From the NCBI GenBank assembly GCA_002310175.1, contig DBYG01000044.1, positions 39,801 to 103,800 on the forward strand: a stretch of DNA of 64,000 nt, read 5' to 3'. The notes beneath the pieces are model-generated. The model saw only the letters and a program-made list of their open reading frames with translations, had not been told where the DNA came from and did no database searches. Source of the stretch: Bacteroidales bacterium UBA1192 (GTDB lineage: Bacteria > Bacteroidota > Bacteroidia > Bacteroidales > Bacteroidaceae). Of the stretch, positions 18,453 to 27,978 are shown one piece after another; position 1 is the stretch's first letter, and each line of letters opens with the position of its first letter. A program made the position numbers and the translations under genes.

Positions 18453-19659
18453 AATCAGTTATTTCTATTCCTGTGCCCTTCAATACGTCAAAGAATGACG
18501 GGAAACTCTTGTTCACCGCCTCAGTACCCTCTATCTCGCCTCCAAATGCTGTCAGCAGTATGCTCAGGGCCATTGCTATCCTGTGGTCATTATGACCTTT
18601 AAGGGTGACCGAAGGCTTGTGGAGAGGAGAGTTCCTGATGACGACACAGTTTTCGTCCACTGTGAATTCCGCACCGAAACGGGATAGTTCCTCAAGCATA
18701 TCGCCCACACGATCACTCTCCTTGATCCTGAGCCTGCGTATGCCTGTTATAACGGCTCCGTTCAGATATGCCGCCATAGCGAACAGTATGGGACCCAGGT
18801 CAATCTGGTTGGAGATGTCAATATGCGGGGTGCCGGTTCTCAGGGCGTTGAAATACTCCATGCAGAGGCGGTCACCCTGTAGTGAATCCTCCTTTAGTCC
18901 TTCAACGGTTACACTGCCCCCCATAAGGTTCAGGGCACTGAAGAACGCAGCGTTGGACCAGTCACCCTCCACGCGGGCATCGGTGGCCTTGTAGGTCTGG
19001 TTCCCGGGAATGATGATGCTACCGTCAGCTAGGGTATTGCAGTGGATTCCTGATATGGAGAGTATGCTGAGAGTCATGTCTATATACATACGGCTCTCTA
19101 TTCTTCCTTCAAGCCGTAAGCTGCTCTCACCTTCGACAAGAGGCAGGGCGAATAGCAGGCCCGATATGAACTGACTGCTTATGGAGGCGTCAATAGAGAA
19201 ACGTGAAGGTCTCAGCCTGCCGCTTATTTCAATTGAGTCGAGGTTTCTGATGCAGGTTATGCCCTGCTGCCGGAACAGGTCCTCATATATGCTGATTCCC
19301 CTGCTGATAAGCCTCGGGGTTCCGGTAAACCTGAAACTTCCACCTAAGGCAAGTGCCACGGGAATCATGAACCTGAGCGTGGTCCCGCTCTCATTACAAG
19401 GCATCACTACGGTCCCGGAGCCGTTACTGGTGGCGGATTGCGGTTTGAATGTCACGTTTCCGTCCTTTATGGTAAAACTGTGACCTAACGCCTTGACACA
19501 TTCCAGTGTGGCCTTTATATCTTCAGATAGTTCCACATGGCTTACAGTGCATTTCTCACCCGAGAGTGCTGAGGCTAGTATTAGCCTGTGCGCGTAGCTT
19601 TTGGAGGGTGGGGCTGTTATGGTTCCCCGAGCTGTTCCCTTGTGGATATATCTTTTCAT
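18445..19659 (-). CDS. aroA: 3-phosphoshikimate 1-carboxyvinyltransferase (EPSP synthase)
   Basis: 404 aa. N-terminal motif PPSKSYAHR and C-terminal DHRIAMA. Confidence 0.9.
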   Translation of the reverse strand: MKRYIHKGTARGTITAPPSKSYAHRLILASALSGEKCTVSHVELSEDIKATLECVKALGHSFTIKDGNVTFKPQSATSNGSGTVVMPCNESGTTLRFMIPVALALGGSFRFTGTPRLISRGISIYEDLFRQQGITCIRNLDSIEISGRLRPSRFSIDASISSQFISGLLFALPLVEGESSLRLEGRIESRMYIDMTLSILSISGIHCNTLADGSIIIPGNQTYKATDARVEGDWSNAAFFSALNLMGGSVTVEGLKEDSLQGDRLCMEYFNALRTGTPHIDISNQIDLGPILFAMAAYLNGAVITGIRRLRIKESDRVGDMLEELSRFGAEFTVDENCVVIRNSPLHKPSVTLKGHNDHRIAMALSILLTAFGGEIEGTEAVNKSFPSFFDVLKGTGIEITDYV

Positions 19660-20765
19660 CGGTTGATGTGTGTCTCGGAGGATGAGAGCCAGTCACTTCC
19701 GTATCTGAGGGCAAGCATGTCGCTTATCACAATGGCGGTAAGGCTTGTCACCACTATGCAGATACGCCTTATTATGGCTGGGTCATGACGGCCGTGCAGC
19801 TCTAAGAGGGCATCCTGACCCGTCTCCATGTTCACGGTGCGCTGCTGCTGTGCAATGGATGGGGTGGGCTTGACTGCCAGGTTGAACAGTACAGGCATCC
19901 CATTGGATAGTCCGCCGTTTATTCCGCCATTGTTGTTGGTGATGGTCCTGACGCAGCCGTTGTCATTGTAGAACTGGTCATTGGCCTGTGAGCCGCGGTC
20001 CGATGCGAATCCGAATCCGCGTCCGAACTCTATCCCTTTCACCCCGCCTATGGCGAACATAGCTTTGCTGATTACTCCTTCCAGTGAGTCGAACCAAGGT
20101 TCGCCTATACCCGGCATAAGGCCAGTGATTGCGGTCTGTACCTTGCCGCCCACTGAGTCATTGTCTGCGCGTGCCTTGAGGATGACATCTGTCATAGCCT
20201 GTTCCACATTGTCTATTGTGGGAAATATGCGTGAATTGACCAGGTCAGGCTCAGTCGTGAAATCGGTGAACTCACGGTCCTTCACATCGCCGCACTGCAG
20301 GATATGAGTGGCTATCCTGATACCTTTTGCTTCAAGTGCAGGTATCACTACGGCACCGGCAGCCACTATAGCTGCGGTAATGCGGCCGCTGAAATGTCCG
20401 CCGCCGCGCCAGTCCTCGAAACCATGATACCTGATATGGGCGGCATAGTCGGCATGTGAGGGCCTGGCCAGCATGGCTGTCTTCTCATAATCGGCACTAC
20501 GTATGTTCTCATTGGGGATGAGTATGCAGAGCGGGGCACCTGTGGTAAAGCCGTTGAACACTCCGCTCGCTATGGTGAAACGGTCCTCCTCCACGCGGGC
20601 GGTGTCAGTGGCACCCTGTGGCCTGCGTTTGGAAAGCTGCCGGCCGATGAACTGCTCATCGACCTTGATTCCGGGAGCAAGCCCGTCAAGCACCGCTCCT
20701 ATCATGGGCCCGTGGGACTCACCGAAGAGAGTCAGTATGACCTGAGTTCCTATGCTGTTCTTCAT
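19656..20765 (-). CDS. aroC: Chorismate synthase
   Basis: Motifs LFGESHG and GRHDP. The ATG at 20765 forms an ATGA overlap with the aroB stop. The track start at 20786 adds 7 codons. Confidence 0.9.
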   Translation of the reverse strand: MKNSIGTQVILTLFGESHGPMIGAVLDGLAPGIKVDEQFIGRQLSKRRPQGATDTARVEEDRFTIASGVFNGFTTGAPLCILIPNENIRSADYEKTAMLARPSHADYAAHIRYHGFEDWRGGGHFSGRITAAIVAAGAVVIPALEAKGIRIATHILQCGDVKDREFTDFTTEPDLVNSRIFPTIDNVEQAMTDVILKARADNDSVGGKVQTAITGLMPGIGEPWFDSLEGVISKAMFAIGGVKGIEFGRGFGFASDRGSQANDQFYNDNGCVRTITNNNGGINGGLSNGMPVLFNLAVKPTPSIAQQQRTVNMETGQDALLELHGRHDPAIIRRICIVVTSLTAIVISDMLALRYGSDWLSSSETHINR

Positions 20766-21772
20766 AATCTTCCGTTTTTGAGACATTCAGCCAGTTCATC
20801 AGTTGTAACCTTGCGGAAACAGTAACTGCCTATGGTGTCAACATATACTACTGTAACTGTATCGCCGCTCTTTTTCTTGTCATGGAGTATCCCCGACAGC
20901 AACAGGGCGGGATCAGTGTCATCGGTGGTGGGGAGTCCGTAACGTTTGAGAAGGTTCTCTATCCTGATGCGTGCGCTGCCGCCTGACATATACATCATGC
21001 CTATGGCTACGCATTCACCGTGCAGCAGGCTGCCTTCCCTGGCTGACTCTATGGCGTGCCCCACAGTATGTCCGAAGTTCAGCACCCGTCTGAGTCCGCT
21101 TTCCTTCGGGTCCTCCTGTACTATCCGCCGTTTTATGTCAATCGCCTTGTATATGACCTGGTCAATGCATTCGTCAAGGCTGTGAGCGGACTCTATCAGC
21201 CCGAACAGCCCGCTGTCACATGTAGCTGCCATCTTGATGGCCTCTACAAGCCCCTCATGCAGCAGGCGGGAGTCAAGGGTTTCAAGAGTTTCGGGATCTA
21301 TTATCACGGCGTGAGGATGGTGGAAGGCTCCTATAGGGTTCTTCACGCCTCCGAAATCCACAGCCGTCTTGCCTCCTACTGAGGAATCTACCTGTGATAG
21401 CAGTGTGGTAGGTACATTGTAGAAATCAATCCCTCTCATGTAACAGGCAGCTGCAAAACCTGCCGTATCGCCCGTCACGCCGCCGCCTACGGCAATCACG
21501 GCATCACTGCGTGTGAAACCGTTATCCAGGAGTGACTGTAGTATTGCAGTGAAAGTGTTAATGTTCTTGCTGCCTTCACCTGCCTCGAATGTGAACAGCG
21601 TCCCTTGCCTGCACTGGCTGAGTACCGCCTGAACATACTGCCTAGGTACACCGCTGTCAGTCACCACCATAATCCTGCGGTCCAGGTTTATCCGGTCACC
21701 TACATGACTCAGTGCACCGCGTTCTATAACGATGTCATAGTCAATTGTGCCGGAATGGAAATGCTGTACCAT
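20762..21772 (-). CDS. aroB: 3-dehydroquinate synthase
   Basis: Motifs GGGVTGDTAGFAA and GHTVGHAIE. Confidence 0.9.
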   Translation of the reverse strand: MVQHFHSGTIDYDIVIERGALSHVGDRINLDRRIMVVTDSGVPRQYVQAVLSQCRQGTLFTFEAGEGSKNINTFTAILQSLLDNGFTRSDAVIAVGGGVTGDTAGFAAACYMRGIDFYNVPTTLLSQVDSSVGGKTAVDFGGVKNPIGAFHHPHAVIIDPETLETLDSRLLHEGLVEAIKMAATCDSGLFGLIESAHSLDECIDQVIYKAIDIKRRIVQEDPKESGLRRVLNFGHTVGHAIESAREGSLLHGECVAIGMMYMSGGSARIRIENLLKRYGLPTTDDTDPALLLSGILHDKKKSGDTVTVVYVDTIGSYCFRKVTTDELAECLKNGRL

Positions 21773-21796
21773 GATGCGTGGGATTGGTTTACGGGT

Positions 21797-22876
21797 TCAG
21801 TATGTGCCCAGCAGCTTGAGCTTGTCACATACGGTACCTAACTGGCGCAGCAGGTCATCGCCGTCCTCGGACTTGATGTTGCCCTCCAGCTCGATGTAGA
21901 AATAGTAGTTCCAGAGAAGCCCTTTCATGGGACGGCTGTGCAGGTTACTCATGTTGAATCCGTGTGAGCCTATTATGTTCAGGGTCTTGGCCAGTGCGCC
22001 GGCCTCATTGGGGACAGTGAACATAAGCACGAAGTGGTCGTACTTGCGTCCTTTCCGTATGGAGTCATTCCTCGTTCTGGAGAATGTGGCAAACCGTGTG
22101 GTGTTGTTTTCTGTGGAGTTGATATGCCTCTCTATAATATCCAGTCCGTACAGACGTGCTGTCTCCTCAGATGCAATAGCACCTAAGGTCATGTCACGGC
22201 TCTCTGCCACGAACTTGGCAGCCACTGCGGTGTTGGCGGTCTGTTGCTGTTCGAACCCGTTCTCGTGGATATATTTGGAGCACTGTGCAAGCGCGTTGGG
22301 ATGACTTGCCACAGTCTTGATGCTGTGCTTGTCGGCACCTCTCAGGCCGAGCAGATTCTGGGTAACACCCAGGTCCGTCATCATGTTTATATAAAGGCTG
22401 CCAGAGAAAGCCAGATCCATTACATTGTCTATGTCACCTGCAAAACTGTTCTCTACAGGAAGTATGACAGCATCCACAAGACCATCCTCGCAGGCGTGGT
22501 ATGCGCTCTCGAAATCGGGATATGGAATCAGTTCGGCAGTGGGGTAAGCCTTGCGGGCGGCTATGTAGGCAAATGCACCGGGAACGCCGTTATAGGCTAT
22601 CTTCATGCCCTGCAGCAGCCGGTTCTGGTAATCCTTGGACAGGTCCATCACCTTCTTTATGAAAGGTATGTAATAATCCTGCATGGCGGGGTCATCCACA
22701 AGCAGCCGCTTCTTCTCTATTATGTCAGATTCGGTAGCCTCGTCATGTACCTGAAGTCCATTCTGCTTTTTGTATTGCGCGATAATTTCAGCCTGTGCCA
22801 TCCTTTCGGTGAACAGTCTCGCCATTTCAGTGTCAATAGCACTGATTCTCTCTCTTGCCTGATCTAAGTCATTCAT
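21797..22876 (-). CDS. pheA: Bifunctional chorismate mutase / prephenate dehydratase (P-protein) with ACT domain
   Basis: A CM helix (RERISAIDTEMARLF), a PDT core and ACT (TRF...LMFTVPN). The track start at 22894 is a TTG; the first ATG is at 22876. Confidence 0.85.
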   Translation of the reverse strand: MNDLDQARERISAIDTEMARLFTERMAQAEIIAQYKKQNGLQVHDEATESDIIEKKRLLVDDPAMQDYYIPFIKKVMDLSKDYQNRLLQGMKIAYNGVPGAFAYIAARKAYPTAELIPYPDFESAYHACEDGLVDAVILPVENSFAGDIDNVMDLAFSGSLYINMMTDLGVTQNLLGLRGADKHSIKTVASHPNALAQCSKYIHENGFEQQQTANTAVAAKFVAESRDMTLGAIASEETARLYGLDIIERHINSTENNTTRFATFSRTRNDSIRKGRKYDHFVLMFTVPNEAGALAKTLNIIGSHGFNMSNLHSRPMKGLLWNYYFYIELEGNIKSEDGDDLLRQLGTVCDKLKLLGTY

Positions 22877-22926
22877 GTCTCTATCCGGTTTCAAGGTAAA
22901 AATGAATCTGTTTTCGTTTCAGGTTG

Positions 22927-22934
22927 CAAAATTA
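22927..22934 (-). promoter_or_regulatory. -7 box TAATTTTG for the aromatic operon
   Basis: It lies 50 nt upstream of the pheA ATG at 22876. Confidence 0.45.
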
Positions 22935-22984
22935 CTTTTTTTCATGATAAACAGCACACTGTCAAGTCTTGAATTATGAAAAAG

Positions 22985-23036
22985 GATAATTGAAAAATGT
23001 GAAAAAGGGGAGGCTCCTCTTTTCCACATTTTTCAC
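22985..23036 (-). terminator. Long imperfect hairpin after the GH3 gene
   Basis: TGAAAAATGTGAAAAAGGGG (22991-23010) pairs with CCTCTTTTCCACATTTTTCA (23016-23035). A T-rich tail follows on the minus strand. Confidence 0.45.
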
Positions 23037-23055
23037 GTACCTCTTTTTTATTACT

Positions 23056-25395
23056 TTATTTCACGCTGAGCTCAGCCACAGTCTGTTGCGGGAGCAGCAG
23101 GGGCTTTACGGCCCACTTTGATGCCTTACCCTTGAACTGGGCTGTGGCGCGTATATCAGTAGCGCTGGCTCCAAACTTGACGGTATAGTTACCTGCAGCG
23201 GTCTGCCACTCAGAGGCCTGGTCGTTGAAACTGGCCAGTGTGTATGCATCCACAGTGAAGGTCAGTGTCTGGCTCTCGCCCGGCTGTAGCATGCGGGTCT
23301 TGCCGAATGCCTTGAGCTCGGATTCCGGCTTGACCAGTCCGCCGTCAGGAGCTGACACGTAAATCTCGACAGCCTCCTTGCCGGCCACCTTACCGGTGTT
23401 CTTGACAGTGATGGAAGCCTCGAAGCCACCGTTCTTGGCCTTCACTGACGGTTTGCTGTATGCGAAAGTTGTGTAGCTCAGTCCGTATCCGAACGGGTAA
23501 GACACCTCAACACCGGCAGTGTTGAAATAACGGTAACCCACCCATATTCCTTCGGCATAGTTGGTATAGTCTATGTCCTTTCTGCCGGGATTGCCGTTAC
23601 CACCGAAACCGCCGCGTCCCTGCTGTTGCTGCTGCGTCTGGCCATTGTAAGGGAAGTTGGCCGATGACGGTATGTCAAGATATGAGAGCGGGAATGACAT
23701 GGAGAGCTTACCTGAAGGGTTGGACTTGCCGGTCAGCACGTCGGCCACTGAATTACCGACTTCCTGTCCCGGAGTCCAGGCCAGCAGGATAGCGTCGGGC
23801 TGACCCTTCCATGAGGAGGTCTCTATAACACCGCCTATGTTCATCACTACGGTAACTTTCTTGCCAACCTTGTGGAACTCGTTGCAGACATTGCGGATGA
23901 GAGCACGCTCTATGTCAGTAAGCTCAAAGTCATCCACCATGCGACGGTCATCGCCTTCACCTGCGTTACGGCCAATCACGATGACAGCTGCGTCATTACG
24001 CTGTGCGCAAGCCTGTACGGCAGCCTGGTTGATGGCTACCTCGGGAAGGACTGCCTCACCGAGCATCACATTGCGGCCGCCACCCATACCCAGAGCGCTC
24101 TGGCTTGCCACATAGTCACGGTGCTTGGCGTAGAAATCGGCCAGACGTGCGTCCAGTGTGAATCCTGCACCCTCAAGACCTTCGCTGATATTGCGTATGT
24201 AGGGTTTGTTCACGTTACCGGAACCTGTTCCACCTGCAATTGACTTGTATGCGCTGAGTCCGAACAGTGCTATGTTACCCTTGTTCTCCATGGGCAGGTT
24301 GCCGTTGTTCTTGAGCAGTACCATACCCTCGGCAGCTGCCTCACGGACCATTTTCGCATGACCTTCCAGATCAGGCTTGTTGGAGAACTTGTAACCCTTG
24401 AAATTAGGAGTCTTGACAATATATTCCAGCAGACGGCGCACGTTGCGGTCCAGGTCCTTGATGTCTAAAGTACCGTTATTGACGGCATCTATTACGCGCT
24501 GTGACTCTGAACGGTCACCCGGTTCCATAAGGTCATTGCCTGCCTTTACGGCATCAACCGTTCCGGCCTTGTTGCCCCAGTCTGTCATGACTATGCCGTC
24601 GAATCCCCATTCGTCACGCAGGAAACCGGTAAGCAGGTCATGGCTCTGCTGGGTGTAACTTCCGTTCAGCTTGTTGTATGATGACATGATGGTCCAGGGC
24701 TTGGCCTCACGGATGGTTATCTCAAAGTTCTTGAGGTAAAGCTCACGCAGAGCACGCGGGTTGATGCGGGCATCGTTCTCGTTGCGGTTTATCTCCTGGT
24801 CGTTAGCTGCAAAGTGCTTGACTGATACACCCACGTCATTCTTCTGGATACCCTTCACGTAGGCGGCCGAAATCTTACCGCTCAGCAGCGGGTCCTCTGA
24901 AAAATACTCGAAGTTACGGCCGCACAGCGGATTGCGGTGCAGATTCATGCCGGGAGCCAGCAGCACATCAACTCCGTACTCATGAACCTCCTGGCCCATG
25001 GCGGTGGTAAGCTGCTCCACAAGCTCTGTGTTCCATGTGCAGGCCAGTACCGTTCCTACAGGGAAACCTGTGCAATAATAGGTCTGGCTGTCACCCTGAC
25101 GGGTGGGTGAAATACGTAGTCCTGCAGGTCCGTCAGCCAGAATGGTTTTGGGTATTCCCAAGCGTGGGATGGGTTGTGTGGAACCGGCAGCACCGGGGAC
25201 ATTGGCTATGTCGGATGCCGTCATGGAACCTGCTGTCATGCTTCCCCATCCGCCACCTGCTATCAGAGTGGCTTTCTCCTCAAGGGTCATGGCCTTCAGG
25301 ACCTCGTCAATGTTATCCGCCCTGAGCTTTGGCTGGGCAACGGCTGCGATTGAAATGGCAGCAGCCAACACCATTGTCATAGTCTTTTTTATCAT
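23056..25395 (-). CDS. bglX: Glycoside hydrolase family 3 (beta-glucosidase-like), secreted
   Basis: GH3 motifs KHF..N, the nucleophile context GIVMTDW, and a C-terminal Fn3-like domain. The start at 25395 (MIKKTMTMVLAAA...) lies 30 nt downstream of a -7 box. The track start at 25572 would run through that promoter. Confidence 0.88.
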   Translation of the reverse strand: MIKKTMTMVLAAAISIAAVAQPKLRADNIDEVLKAMTLEEKATLIAGGGWGSMTAGSMTASDIANVPGAAGSTQPIPRLGIPKTILADGPAGLRISPTRQGDSQTYYCTGFPVGTVLACTWNTELVEQLTTAMGQEVHEYGVDVLLAPGMNLHRNPLCGRNFEYFSEDPLLSGKISAAYVKGIQKNDVGVSVKHFAANDQEINRNENDARINPRALRELYLKNFEITIREAKPWTIMSSYNKLNGSYTQQSHDLLTGFLRDEWGFDGIVMTDWGNKAGTVDAVKAGNDLMEPGDRSESQRVIDAVNNGTLDIKDLDRNVRRLLEYIVKTPNFKGYKFSNKPDLEGHAKMVREAAAEGMVLLKNNGNLPMENKGNIALFGLSAYKSIAGGTGSGNVNKPYIRNISEGLEGAGFTLDARLADFYAKHRDYVASQSALGMGGGRNVMLGEAVLPEVAINQAAVQACAQRNDAAVIVIGRNAGEGDDRRMVDDFELTDIERALIRNVCNEFHKVGKKVTVVMNIGGVIETSSWKGQPDAILLAWTPGQEVGNSVADVLTGKSNPSGKLSMSFPLSYLDIPSSANFPYNGQTQQQQQGRGGFGGNGNPGRKDIDYTNYAEGIWVGYRYFNTAGVEVSYPFGYGLSYTTFAYSKPSVKAKNGGFEASITVKNTGKVAGKEAVEIYVSAPDGGLVKPESELKAFGKTRMLQPGESQTLTFTVDAYTLASFNDQASEWQTAAGNYTVKFGASATDIRATAQFKGKASKWAVKPLLLPQQTVAELSVK

Positions 25396-25425
25396 GTTGT
25401 CTATTTTAGGGTTTGTCAGTGAATG

Positions 25426-25433
25426 CAAAGATA
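25426..25433 (-). promoter_or_regulatory. -7 box TATCTTTG (GH3)
   Basis: It lies 30 nt upstream of the ATG at 25395. Confidence 0.45.
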
Positions 25434-25453
25434 AATTAAAGTCATTACAAAAA

Positions 25454-25461
25454 TATCTTTG
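25454..25461 (+). promoter_or_regulatory. -7 box TATCTTTG (HK operon), back-to-back with the GH3 box
   Basis: It lies about 115 nt upstream of the ATG at 25576. Confidence 0.4.
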
Positions 25462-25575
25462 CAAATGTTTTTCAGCGATAATGGTGAAAAATATCATATT
25501 TTTATTACCTTCGTTTCCTAAATGGGAAGCGGTAAAGATAAACATGGTTCTAATTCCGGTATTACGGGACAAGGT

Positions 25576-27975
25576 ATGTTCAGAATCAGGATGATTCTCT
25601 TCTTATTTCTGTTATTCCTTATTCCGGTGTTATGCTGCTGCGGAAGTGACAGTGATCATTTTCTGGTCCGACAGGAACACGTTGCAAACCGGACTAACCT
25701 GAATCTTGTCGTGCTTCACTCATATGATGACATCCTTGAGGAGGGGGAATATTTCCGGAACGTCATGTCGGACCATATGAAAAGATACCACAAGGATATA
25801 TCAGCCAATATACACCATATTTATTTGGATCTGGTCCATCTTGAGGACCCCGCTGTATCAGTTTTTGGCGGTGACGATCATTTCCTGGATTCCATAACCG
25901 GATTTTCTCCCGATATCCTGCTTGTCAATGACGATTTGGCGTTAGATTATCTGTTTGAGCGTTTTGACACACTGCTCAGGTGGCATCCGGTGGTATATGC
26001 CGGAGTCAGCGCACCCCGCCATTGGCAGCGTGAGGAGTTCCCTTTCATGACAGGTTGGGAGGACCCTGTGGATCTGGCCTCTAACTGTGAAATCCTTCGT
26101 AGTGTGACAGGATTTCATAACGTTACGGTGGAATTGGACCATTCTGATTTTGACGATCGCCTTCGCAGCCGTATTTACGAGAATATCTCGGATAGCACCC
26201 GATTCATAAATAATGGTGACTACCACCTGTCCCGGCTTGAAGAGAGTGTCCTGAGCACTCCGCAATATGCAGGGAAGATCGTGGTGAATTTCCTGTCCAT
26301 GTCGGACAGGACCTCAAACATGATAGAGCCGGAGAATGTGACTGGACTGCCGGATGAGATGATAACCATTGATCCCATGTATGATTCGCTGCTGTGGATT
26401 CAGCAGATACAGGTCAAATATGACATATTCAGCAGTGAAAAGATTGATACGGAGAAAAACCCCCGCCTGACAGCCATCCGTGAAAGATTCAATGTGGAAG
26501 GCCGTCGTTTCAAGTCCACCGTGCGTTCTGATGTCGGGTACACCGGTCCCCAGTTTCTCGGAGGATATTTCACCGGCCTCGAGACACAGATACAGGACCA
26601 GTTGCACTATGCCATCTCTATAGCAGGAGGTGCCAATCCTCAGTTCATGCCGGTCAGAAGCCATCAGAAGGATTATTATATGGACTGGAATGCAATGTCG
26701 GCAGTGGAGCCACGTCTCAACTATAAAGATTATTATCTTTCGTACAATATTGTGAACGTGCCGTTTCGGGTAAGCCACATGTTCCTGTTCATAGTACTGG
26801 TGATGGTTCTGACGGCATTGGTACTGGCGGCTATATCGGTATTCTCTGTAAGAAGGCTTAGGAGTTTAAAGAAGGAACGTGAGTCACTTGAACGGGACAT
26901 TGGCATAGAGTCGGTCAAGATGCGTCTCTCCACGGACAGCCGCAAGATCCTTTTCTTTAAGATATCAGGAGAAATGATACTGTTTGAGGACAATGTCTAT
27001 TCTGATATACACCGTTCACCATACTCGTGGAGTATAAGTGATTTCACCGGAAGGGTAGATGCAGAAAGCCTTCCGTCCTATGAGATACTGACAGGAAAAC
27101 ATAGACCTGATGACAATAGCGGGCGCGTCCGTATCCATATGAGCGTCAAGGATTCCATAAAGCACTGGTGGGATATATTCTATTTCAGGGGCGGTGAGGA
27201 GAAGGATATGACCATCGGCATGGGGGTCAATATTGACGATATCGTAGAGAATGAGCGATATGTCCAGAATTCCATGGAGAAAGCCGATGAAGTGGCTACC
27301 AAACAGAATTTCATAGCGAATATTACTCATGACATACGTACACCGCTGAATGCCATATCAGGGTTTGCCCAACTTCTTGCGGAAGGTTGTGATGCCGAGG
27401 AGAGGGTCATGTATTCTGAGATAATATCCACCAATACCGAGCAGTTGCTTAACCTTATAGACAGTGCTGTGAACAAACCTACGGACAGTACTGACGGACT
27501 CTCGTTCAAGATAAGGCGAATTGATATATCCCGTCTGATTGATGACAGTTACCGGACCAACAGTATACTCACACCTTCGCATCTTAAGTTCTTATACGAG
27601 CCGTGGGGCAAGGATGGCATCATGGTCAAAGCGGACCCTGTCCGCACCAGCCAGGTCCTCAATAACCTGATTAACAATGCTTTCAAATATACTCCAAACG
27701 GTAGCGTCACTTTGGGATGGAAAGTGCTTGAGACAGAGCGGCAAATAGAGGTGTATGTTGTCGATACCGGCATTGGCATAAGTGAAGAGGACAGCAAGCA
27801 TATAATGGACCGTTACGGTATGGCCCAAGGGAATAAGAAAGGAACCGGTCTGGGACTTGATATCTGTGCCAAGATTATAGCCGTCCAGAACGGGAGTTAT
27901 GGTTTTACAAGCAAGCCGGGCGAGGGTAGCCGGTTCTGGTTCCGGCTGCCGCTTGATACTGAAGAAACAGAGTGA
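25576..27975 (+). CDS. Sensor histidine kinase 1: periplasmic solute-binding-like domain, TM, PAS-like, HisKA, HATPase_c (no receiver)
   Basis: Signal/TM MILFLFLLFLIPVLCCC, a second TM near aa 400, H-box ITHDIRTPLNAISGF, and N and G boxes (NNAFKYT, DTGIGI, GTGLGL). Confidence 0.85.
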   Translation: MFRIRMILFLFLLFLIPVLCCCGSDSDHFLVRQEHVANRTNLNLVVLHSYDDILEEGEYFRNVMSDHMKRYHKDISANIHHIYLDLVHLEDPAVSVFGGDDHFLDSITGFSPDILLVNDDLALDYLFERFDTLLRWHPVVYAGVSAPRHWQREEFPFMTGWEDPVDLASNCEILRSVTGFHNVTVELDHSDFDDRLRSRIYENISDSTRFINNGDYHLSRLEESVLSTPQYAGKIVVNFLSMSDRTSNMIEPENVTGLPDEMITIDPMYDSLLWIQQIQVKYDIFSSEKIDTEKNPRLTAIRERFNVEGRRFKSTVRSDVGYTGPQFLGGYFTGLETQIQDQLHYAISIAGGANPQFMPVRSHQKDYYMDWNAMSAVEPRLNYKDYYLSYNIVNVPFRVSHMFLFIVLVMVLTALVLAAISVFSVRRLRSLKKERESLERDIGIESVKMRLSTDSRKILFFKISGEMILFEDNVYSDIHRSPYSWSISDFTGRVDAESLPSYEILTGKHRPDDNSGRVRIHMSVKDSIKHWWDIFYFRGGEEKDMTIGMGVNIDDIVENERYVQNSMEKADEVATKQNFIANITHDIRTPLNAISGFAQLLAEGCDAEERVMYSEIISTNTEQLLNLIDSAVNKPTDSTDGLSFKIRRIDISRLIDDSYRTNSILTPSHLKFLYEPWGKDGIMVKADPVRTSQVLNNLINNAFKYTPNGSVTLGWKVLETERQIEVYVVDTGIGISEEDSKHIMDRYGMAQGNKKGTGLGLDICAKIIAVQNGSYGFTSKPGEGSRFWFRLPLDTEETE

Positions 27976-27978
27976 GAT

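Noticed and set aside
22895-23055. Leader peptide or attenuator upstream of the aromatic (pheA...) operon, by analogy with trpB2.
   Set aside because: The -7 box lies only about 50 nt from the pheA ATG. There is no small ORF rich in Phe, Tyr or Trp codons. The only hairpin there is best explained as the terminator of the upstream GH3 gene.
25396-25572. N-terminally extended track starts: 25572 for GH3, 42817 for pepP, 49516 for dcp, 9669 for the esterase, 13241 and 22894 (both TTG), 25522 for HK1 and 49505 for the beta-helix protein.
   Set aside because: The extensions run through TAnnTTTG promoter boxes or lack signal-peptide logic. Internal ATGs give canonical signal peptides or N-termini at the expected distance from the -7 box.
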